Below are positions 30,823 through 36,774 of a stretch of DNA of 43,421 nucleotides, one piece after another. The notes under the pieces are model-generated. The model saw only the letters and a list, made by a program, of their open reading frames with translations, was not told where the DNA came from and made no database searches. Position numbers and translations under genes: made by a program. The stretch covers positions 1 through 43,421 of the forward strand of contig JBGQLA010000002.1 of NCBI GenBank assembly GCA_041499865.1, in the 5' to 3' direction. This DNA is from Deltaproteobacteria bacterium (GTDB lineage Bacteria; Myxococcota; Myxococcia; Myxococcales; 40CM-4-68-19). The first letter of the stretch is position 1; each line of letters begins with the position of its first letter.

Positions 30823-32138
30823 CTTGGCTCCTCGTCTGGCCTGGGATCCATCGTAGCAGAACAGGATTCGGGCCGCCGCCTGGACGGTAACGGTCCGTCC
30901 GGAGGCTTCATTTCCGGCCCGAGCCGGAAGGAGACGGGGCCGCCGCGGCAGGCGGCTCCGGCGCGGATCCCTTCCACCCAGAACACCTGCCCGCGCGCGT
31001 CGGCCAGCAGCCCGAGCCGGGTGCGCTCCTCGCGGGGGATGTGCGCGTCGATCCAGAGGTCGGCGACTTTCTTCGTCCGCCCCCCTCCAGGACGGAATCG
31101 ATCGCCAGGCCGATGCCCGCGCAGCGTCCAGGGGAACGGCGCTTCCGTCACGTCGACGCGCACTCCTTCGCCGGCGGTTTCGGCCACCTCGAGCACCCGC
31201 GAGCTCCAGAGGTAACGGCCGGGTGCCGGCACCGCCACCTCGCCGGCCGACCGCGCTGCCGGGCTGGGCCGCTCGAACTTCACCACCGCGCGGCCTCCGG
31301 GAACATCGAGGGAACCCTCGCCCCGTTCGAGCAAGCGCAGGATCGCTTCCAGGTGCTGCCGCTCCGGCTGGAGCCCTTCGCTTCTCGCATCGAGGAGCAA
31401 GGCGCGGCGCTGGAGCGCCGGGTGGAGATGTGCGCCCGCCTTCGCGAGCGCGTTCAGGAGCTCGTCCTCGCCGGCGAAGATGGTGGCGGCGCCGGCAAGG
31501 GCCTCCTCCAGACGCGGGTTCAGCTCCAGCAATCGAGGCCAGAGCGCGCGCAACTTCGCCCGGGCGCGGGCCGGATCCCTGTTGTGGGGGTCGTCGACGA
31601 AGTCGAGGTGGTGCCTGTCGCAATACGCCTCAGTGGCGGCACGCGGAACGTCGAGAAGCGGGCGGACCAGGTCGACGCCCGGCGAGAGCGCGCGTCGCTT
31701 TCGGACGCCGGCGAGCGCCCCCGGGCCGGCGCCACGGAAGAGCCTCAGCAGGACGGTCTCCGCCTGATCGCGGCGGGTATGCGCGGTGGCGACCAAGGGA
31801 GCGCCCGCCGCGGTGGCGAGCCTGGCCAAGGCCGTGTAGCGCGCGTCCCGGGCCGCCGCTTCCAAGCCGGGGCCGCGGACCTTCAGGCCCTCGATCCGCT
31901 CGAGATGGAACCCGACGCCCAGTGTGCGCGCGAGCTCGCGGACGTGTTCCGCCTCGCTCGTCGACTCGGGACGGAGGCCGTGGTCGACGTGTCCGGCCGC
32001 GCAACGGATCCCGGTCCGGACGGCGGCGGCGAGCAGGGCCACGGAATCCGCCCCGCCGGAGCAGCCGATCAGGACCGTGCGCCCGCACGGCAGCCCGGTA
32101 GCGACGGAAGGTTCGACGCTGTCCGCCGGATTTCCCAC
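30819..32138 (-). CDS. tilS: tRNA(Ile)-lysidine synthase
   Basis: PP-loop [12 protein letters not shown], then HVDHGLR. GTGA overlap with the ftsH start. Start codon (GTG at 32138) is uncertain. Confidence 0.85.
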
Positions 32139-32199
32139 CGCGCCTCAGTGTAGCGCCGCGCGGCGCCATTTCTCGCTACGGGCTTGCGCTTAGACTGTT

Positions 32200-32389
32200 G
32201 AGAACCCAATTTTGCCCGGCAGCAAAGGGGGCATCGGATCAGCGGCGGGAACATCCAGCGCGGACGGCGGGTTCTGGACGATGGCGCGGCGCTCTGCGTC
32301 GGAACAGGATTGAAGTGAGCCTGGGGGTCCCCCCCTCCCCCTCCAGGCTCATGGGCTGGCCCAGCCACAAGCTGCGGCCAGCCTTTTTT
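32200..32389 (+). ncRNA. Candidate small RNA: hairpin with C-rich loop followed by an intrinsic terminator (5' end unknown)
   Basis: Hairpin GAGCCTGG-[GGGTCCCCCCCTCCCCCT]-CCAGGCTC (32317-32350) lies directly upstream of the terminator at 32354-32389. No plausible plus-strand CDS lies upstream; tilS is divergent. Confidence 0.3.
32354..32389 (+). terminator. Rho-independent terminator
   Basis: GGCTGGCCCAGC-CACAA-GCTG(C)GGCCAGCC followed by TTTTTT. Such clean U-tract terminators are rare in this GC-rich window. Confidence 0.65.
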
Positions 32390-32499
32390 CTCCTGCCGCG
32401 GCGGAGCCGCGGCAGGGGGAGCCACACAAAAAAGAACCCGTAATTCGGGAGCAGTCGTCCGAAGTAACCACTCCGAACCGCCGCAGGCGGTTCGGGGGG
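32390..32499 (+). repeat. Left inverted-repeat arm
   Basis: Contains hairpins CTGCCGCGG-CGGAG-CCGCGGCAG (32393-32415) and CCGAACCGCC-GCA-GGCGGTTCGG (32473-32495). The inner 33 nt (32467-32499) are almost perfectly complementary to 32860-32892. Confidence 0.8.
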
Positions 32500-32556
32500 A
32501 GAAGTTACCGCAAAACGCCGTAATTCAGGAGGCCGTCAGCCGTAGTCCAGGAGCCG

Positions 32557-32706
32557 TCAGTAGAAGACGCAATTCAGGAACGTAGTCCTGCGCCGCATCA
32601 AAATCGCCTTGCAGCACCGGAAGTACGCCGCCGCCCCGAACTCGCGCACGATGGTCGCCCCGTGGCGGAGCACATCTCTGGTCGTGATGACGCCACAGAT
32701 CGACAT
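32557..32706 (-). CDS. Candidate 49 aa Cys-containing basic micro-protein inside the IR element
   Basis: ATG at 32706 is preceded by GGGAGAG four nt upstream. Third-position GC is high across these 49 codons but drops in the upstream part of the same ORF. Peptide: MSICGVITTRDVLRHGATIVREFGAAAYFRCCKAILMRRRTTFLNCVFY. Confidence 0.25.
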   Translation of the reverse strand: MSICGVITTRDVLRHGATIVREFGAAAYFRCCKAILMRRRTTFLNCVFY

Positions 32707-32859
32707 CGCACTCTCCCGAAAACGAACTCCTGTACCGTCGCCTTGCGACCTTTGTGCCAGCCACCAACCGCCTGCTTCCTTGCTGGTCGCGCTTACGGCG
32801 GGCGCGTTTACGCGAGCTTTTGCTGCTGCTCGCAATCCGGGGTTCCGGGGGCTGCTGCT

Positions 32860-32961
32860 CCCCCGAACCGCCTTGCGGCGGTTCGGAGTGGTGACTTCTC
32901 CCGAATCATGGGTTCGTTCTTGTTTGGCTCCCCCCTGCGCCGCCGTCCGGCGGGGCAGGAG
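32860..32961 (-). repeat. Right inverted-repeat arm
   Basis: The reverse complement aligns with 32390-32499 apart from an 11 nt indel and scattered mismatches. It contains CCGAACCGCC-TTGC-GGCGGTTCGG (32863-32886) and an imperfect outer hairpin. Confidence 0.8.
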
Positions 32962-32966
32962 TTAAC

Positions 32967-32995
32967 TTGACCGCCCTGTCGTCCAAGTCTAGACA
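32967..32995 (+). promoter_or_regulatory. Sigma70-like promoter candidate for the RHH gene pair, with a GTCTAGAC palindrome over the -10
   Basis: TTGACC (32967-32972), a 17 nt spacer, then TAGACA (32990-32995), about 60 nt upstream of the ATG at 33055. The 8 bp palindrome GTCTAGAC is at 32987-32994. Confidence 0.3.
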
Positions 32996-33054
32996 GAGTG
33001 GACGGTTGTGCGCGGGCCCGCGAGCGGCGGGACGCCCCTCCGCTGGAGGACTTG

Positions 33055-33258
33055 ATGGCAGGTACGGACAAGAGGAAGCAGAGCCTCTACTTTCCCGAGG
33101 ACATGCTCCGGGAGATCCAGGAGGAGGCGAACCGGCAGGACCGCTCGCTCTCGTGGATCGTGCAGCAGGCTTGGAAGATCGCCCGCAACGAGATCATGCG
33201 CTTCCCCTCGGTGAACGACGTGATTGGCGGCGACCGGCCGACCCAGGAGCATGAGTAG
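33055..33258 (+). CDS. Ribbon-helix-helix (CopG/Arc/MetJ-like) small DNA-binding protein, paralog 1
   Basis: GGAGGA precedes the ATG. KQSLYFPEDMLREIQEEANRQDRSLSWIVQQAWKIA fits a beta-strand/helix/loop/helix RHH pattern. High third-position GC. 67 aa. Confidence 0.8.
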   Translation: MAGTDKRKQSLYFPEDMLREIQEEANRQDRSLSWIVQQAWKIARNEIMRFPSVNDVIGGDRPTQEHE

Positions 33259-33459
33259 ATGTCGGCCAATGACGCCCGCAAACAGAGCCTGTATTTCCCC
33301 GAGGACATGCTGTCGGAGATCCAGTCCCAGGCGCAGCGGCTCGACCGCTCCCTGTCCTGGGTCGTGCAGCAGGCGTGGAAGATCGCGAAGACTGAACTGC
33401 GGAAGGTCCCGTCGCCGAACGACATGCTCGACGACGATCCCGCCGCCCAGCGCGGATAG
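33259..33459 (+). CDS. Ribbon-helix-helix small DNA-binding protein, paralog 2
   Basis: ATG immediately follows the paralog 1 stop. KQSLYFPEDMLSEIQSQAQRLDRSLSWVVQQAWKIA is clearly homologous to paralog 1. 66 aa. Confidence 0.8.
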   Translation: MSANDARKQSLYFPEDMLSEIQSQAQRLDRSLSWVVQQAWKIAKTELRKVPSPNDMLDDDPAAQRG

Positions 33460-33480
33460 GACACAGATCGCAGCACCGAA

Positions 33481-33529
33481 GGGCCCGAGGCTCGGGGCGC
33501 AGGCGCGCGCTCCGGGCCCTTTTCTTTTT
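33481..33529 (+). terminator. Rho-independent terminator downstream of the RHH pair
   Basis: GGGCCCG...CGGGCCC GC-rich stem followed by TTTTCTTTTT. Confidence 0.6.
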
Positions 33530-33579
33530 CAGGACGCGCGCGGGCTCGCCGCGGAGCCACGACTTCCACCGCTCCGAAA

Positions 33580-33649
33580 CTAGCCCGGCGCGGGGTCGCG
33601 CCGGCTGTCCCGCAGCGCCGCAGGGATCTGCGCGCTGCCGTGGGACTAG
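33580..33649. repeat. Single copy of the CTAG-bounded ~66 nt GC-rich repeat
   Basis: CTAGCCCGGCGCGGGGTCGCGCCGGCTGTCCCGCAGCGCCGCAGGGATCTGCGCGCTGCCGTGGGACTAG closely matches the units at 42851 and 42918. The terminal CTAG contains the stop codon of the minus-strand lipoprotein gene. Confidence 0.85.
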
Positions 33650-36600
33650 GGCGAGACGTTCACCGCCACCTGCTGCGTCTGCAACAGGGATTTCGTCGCC
33701 GCCGGAGTGACGAGCAGCGCCGCGGGATCGAGCAGCGCGGGCTGCAGCTCGTTCGGCACGCGCCAGACCTGCTTCGCGAGCGAAGTGACGAAGACCGCGT
33801 AGCGCCCCGCGACCAACGCGACAGGCGCCGGCGGTAGGCCCGGGTCGAGCAGGTTTACCTTCGCCGACGCGTTGCTCGCCAGGACGTTCACAGGTGTCGT
33901 AACGACGTAGGGGAGCCCCGCGGTGCACGTGCCCGCCGGGAACTGGCTGGTGTCGAGCGCCGCCGCAATCACCGTCGCCTTGCCCTGGCCGTCGATCTCG
34001 GGCGTGAGGCCAGCGGCGTCCGCCACCTTGATCAGCTCGACGGAGAGCGTGCTGGCGATGGGCTTGCCCGAACCGTCGCACCCGAGCACGAACGCTCCGG
34101 CGGAATCCGGATGCAGCGGCGCGACTCCTGCCCCAAGGATTGCGGCAGGCTTGATGCGGATCGACGCGCTCGGTGCGCCGCCGAATGCGACGGCAACGTC
34201 CGCCGTGAGGGCGTTGCCGCCGCCGTCGACGAGTTGGAAGCTCGGGCGCTGCGGAAGCGCAGTCGCGGCCGTCAGGCTGGCCGCGGCCGCGCCGGTGCCG
34301 ACGTGCACGGTTGCGGGTGCCGCGACGAGGTTGCCGGAGCCGGGAGCGAGGGCGAGAAATGCCGGAGATGGCGCGAAATCGCCGCGCGAGTCCGCCAGCG
34401 CCATCACCAGGTAGTCGCCGGTGGGGAGGTTCGGGAGCAGATAGCTCACCGCTCCGCCCGCGAACTCCGCGCCGAGATGGAAATCCGCCGAGAGCGGAGA
34501 GCCGAAAGGCGGCAACGCATTCGCGGCGTAAGCGAAGACATATGCCGCCGCCGGCGGCGTGCCGGCGACCGCAAGCGACCCGGAGATCGCGCCGTCGGAC
34601 GCCGGATGCGCCCGCGGCCCGACCTGGAACGCGCCGCTCTGCGACTGCGTCTGCACGGTGCCGGGAGCGCAGCTGGACGCGCCGGCGGGGCAGACGCTGC
34701 CCGGGTCCAGCGCCGCCGAGCCGGCCTCGTTCGGGATCTGCCATGCCTGCCCGGCCTGCGAGAGCAGGACGATCGCGTAGGCGCCGGGCTGCAGCGCGAT
34801 CCGCTGCGGCGGCGCGCCGGGCGTCGAAGCATCGAAGAGCGCCGGACGCACCACGATGGTCAGCTTGTCCGTCACCACCGGCGCGGCGTTCCCCCCGGGC
34901 TGCGGCTGCAGCGCGGGGAGGAACGGCGTCGGGTCCACCGCGGCCGGAATCACCTGCGTGCGCGTGGTGCGCAGGTCGGGCGACACGTACTGCGTCAGCC
35001 CGGCGGGGTCCCCGGGATCGAGCCGGACGAGGAAGACGCGCGGCCAGACGTCGGGCAGCCCGTCATGATCCGCGTCGACAGCCGCGGCGCCGGCATCGCG
35101 CACCAGCTGCACGGCGAAATGCGGCGCGCTCGCGCGCCCGGCCGGAAATGCCAGCGCCTTCGCGCGCACGCTGAAGCGCACGGGCGTCACCTGGTCGACC
35201 GGCATCTGCGCCGGCGTGGCCGGATCGATCTCGAACGCGGGCGGATCCGCCGGCGCCCGCGTCGCCAGCGTCAGGTCGGCGGTGACGTTTCCGCTCACCG
35301 CGATCGAGGCCGGGCGGCCCTGGCCGTCGGCCGCGGCGCCGAGCAGGTCGCCCGCGGTCGCGGTCCGGAGGAGATTGAGGGGCGAGAAGTTGCCGTCCAC
35401 GTCATCGAGCGCCTGCACCCGGTAGTTGCCCTGGGGGAGCCCGTCGATGCGGTAGGCGGCCGTGAACCCCTGCGCATCGGGCACGGCGGCGCTGGCGGGG
35501 AGGATCTGCACGCGCACGGGCAGGGCCGCGCCGAGCGGAGGCGGAGGGTTGAACGGATCGTCCCGGTACGCCTGGACGATGATGTTGCCGCTCTTCACCG
35601 ACGGATCCGCGCGCCAGGCGACCGTGCCGCTCACGCTGTTCGCCGGCAGCGCACCCTGCGGCGCGATGGTCACGCTCTGCGCCTGCGAGGCCGCGAAGTA
35701 CGGCGTGCCTTCGTTGGCCGCATCCCCCAGATCGTTCGGCAGCGTCCACACCTGCCCGCTGCGCTCGACCACCACCACCTGGTACTTGCCCGCGGGGATC
35801 TTCGCCAGCGGCTTGAGATCCGCCGCGGCCACCGCGAACGGTTCGACCAGGACGTCGAGGACATCGCGGGCGATCGGCGGCGCGCCGGCGCCCAGGTTCA
35901 CCAGCGCGGGAAGCACCGCGGTGGCGATGGCGCGGCAGGGGACGATGGCGGCGGACTGCGCGTTGACGGGCGCCGGGTTCCCCTGCCCGTCGACGCCGGA
36001 GCGCTGGCGGAGAAAGACGCGGGGAAACACGTCGTCCAGCCCGTCCGCGAGGCTGCTGCGCCGGTTGCCCTGCGCGTCGCGATCCAGCTCGAGCGCGAAG
36101 TGGGCGTTGGCGAAGCTCGCGCTCCGCGCCGACAGGCGCGCCGTCCGCAGCTGCAGCCGGACCGGCTGGTCGATGTTCTGGTCGATCGTCTGCGACCCGC
36201 CCGAAAGCTCGAACGAAGGCGGGTCGTAGACCAGCGTCTGCGTGAGCGCGACGTTGATCCCGCTCACCACCTGCCCGGCCCCGACGGAGATCGCGAGGAA
36301 GCGCGGTTGGCCGCCGGGCCCGAGGTCGCCGTGCCCTCCCACCGGGTCTCCGGCGCGCGGCTGCTGGGCGTAGTCGAAGAGCGGGGCGAACTCGTGCGCG
36401 GCCGTGGCATCGATGAACGCCCGGATCTGGTAGCTGCGCCCGGACGGCACCTGGGTGAACGTGAACCCGGCGGAGAACGGCCCGATGCCCGCAGCCGGCG
36501 GGTTCCCGAAGAGCGTCGCCTGCGGGATGTGCGCGATCGCAGTCGCAGAGGTTCCGTTGCCGTCGGGCGGCGGCAGCGCCGCGGTGTCGAACAGGAAGAG

Positions 36601-36774
36601 GATGGCGTCGCCGCGCGCCGCTCCGCTGTAGACCAGGCTTCCCTGGATCACTCCCGGCGGCGGACAGAGACCGCCGTCGCAGGAGAACTGGTCCAGCCCG
36701 GGCGCGAGGCCCGGCGTCTCGCAAGCGACGGTGCAGGTGGCGAGCGTGATGAGGATGCCGACGATGCGGTTCAT
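33646..36774 (-). CDS. Large (1042 aa) lipoprotein made of three repeated ~330-350 aa modules
   Basis: Lipobox LATCTVAC. Each module starts with a carboxypeptidase-regulatory-like segment. Each ends in a conserved motif (PAGKYQVVVVERSGQVWTLPNDLG / QPGAYAIVLLSQAGQAWQIPNEAG / VAGRYAVFVTSLAKQVWRVPNELQ). The start overlaps the upstream stop (TGATG). Confidence 0.8.
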   Translation of the reverse strand: MNRIVGILITLATCTVACETPGLAPGLDQFSCDGGLCPPPGVIQGSLVYSGAARGDAILFLFDTAALPPPDGNGTSATAIAHIPQATLFGNPPAAGIGPFSAGFTFTQVPSGRSYQIRAFIDATAAHEFAPLFDYAQQPRAGDPVGGHGDLGPGGQPRFLAISVGAGQVVSGINVALTQTLVYDPPSFELSGGSQTIDQNIDQPVRLQLRTARLSARSASFANAHFALELDRDAQGNRRSSLADGLDDVFPRVFLRQRSGVDGQGNPAPVNAQSAAIVPCRAIATAVLPALVNLGAGAPPIARDVLDVLVEPFAVAAADLKPLAKIPAGKYQVVVVERSGQVWTLPNDLGDAANEGTPYFAASQAQSVTIAPQGALPANSVSGTVAWRADPSVKSGNIIVQAYRDDPFNPPPPLGAALPVRVQILPASAAVPDAQGFTAAYRIDGLPQGNYRVQALDDVDGNFSPLNLLRTATAGDLLGAAADGQGRPASIAVSGNVTADLTLATRAPADPPAFEIDPATPAQMPVDQVTPVRFSVRAKALAFPAGRASAPHFAVQLVRDAGAAAVDADHDGLPDVWPRVFLVRLDPGDPAGLTQYVSPDLRTTRTQVIPAAVDPTPFLPALQPQPGGNAAPVVTDKLTIVVRPALFDASTPGAPPQRIALQPGAYAIVLLSQAGQAWQIPNEAGSAALDPGSVCPAGASSCAPGTVQTQSQSGAFQVGPRAHPASDGAISGSLAVAGTPPAAAYVFAYAANALPPFGSPLSADFHLGAEFAGGAVSYLLPNLPTGDYLVMALADSRGDFAPSPAFLALAPGSGNLVAAPATVHVGTGAAAASLTAATALPQRPSFQLVDGGGNALTADVAVAFGGAPSASIRIKPAAILGAGVAPLHPDSAGAFVLGCDGSGKPIASTLSVELIKVADAAGLTPEIDGQGKATVIAAALDTSQFPAGTCTAGLPYVVTTPVNVLASNASAKVNLLDPGLPPAPVALVAGRYAVFVTSLAKQVWRVPNELQPALLDPAALLVTPAATKSLLQTQQVAVNVSP

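Larger units (their letters stand above)
32390..32961. mobile_element. ~570 bp inverted-repeat-bounded element (MITE-like, function unknown) with a lower-GC core
   Basis: Tips are CTCCTGCC (32390) and GGCAGGAG (32954-32961). The arms are reverse complements (see the two repeat features). No transposase lies inside or nearby. Confidence 0.45.

Noticed and set aside
32140-32390. Known structured RNAs (tmRNA, RNase P RNA, SRP RNA, common riboswitch classes) in the tilS-upstream region
   Set aside because: None of the signature sequences I can recall for these families were found, such as the tmRNA tag frame with CCA end, the RNase P conserved regions, the SRP GGAA tetraloop context, or the TPP, cobalamin, c-di-GMP, ZTP and fluoride cores. 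Only an Infernal/Rfam scan could settle this.
32390-32961. Inverted-repeat element considered as a retron msr/msd locus or a diversity-generating element
   Set aside because: No reverse transcriptase ORF, or any large ORF, lies downstream or anywhere in the window. The inverted repeats are much longer than typical retron a1/a2 repeats.
32198-32965. Plus-strand ORFs 32198-32443 (81 aa), 32609-32965 (118 aa) and 32662-32970 (102 aa), and the full 92 aa minus-strand ORF 32557-32835
   Set aside because: They run through terminator and hairpin structures, lack an SD sequence, have no codon-position GC bias and have implausible compositions. Only the 3' 49-codon part of the minus-strand ORF retains coding-like bias, and that part is reported separately at low confidence.
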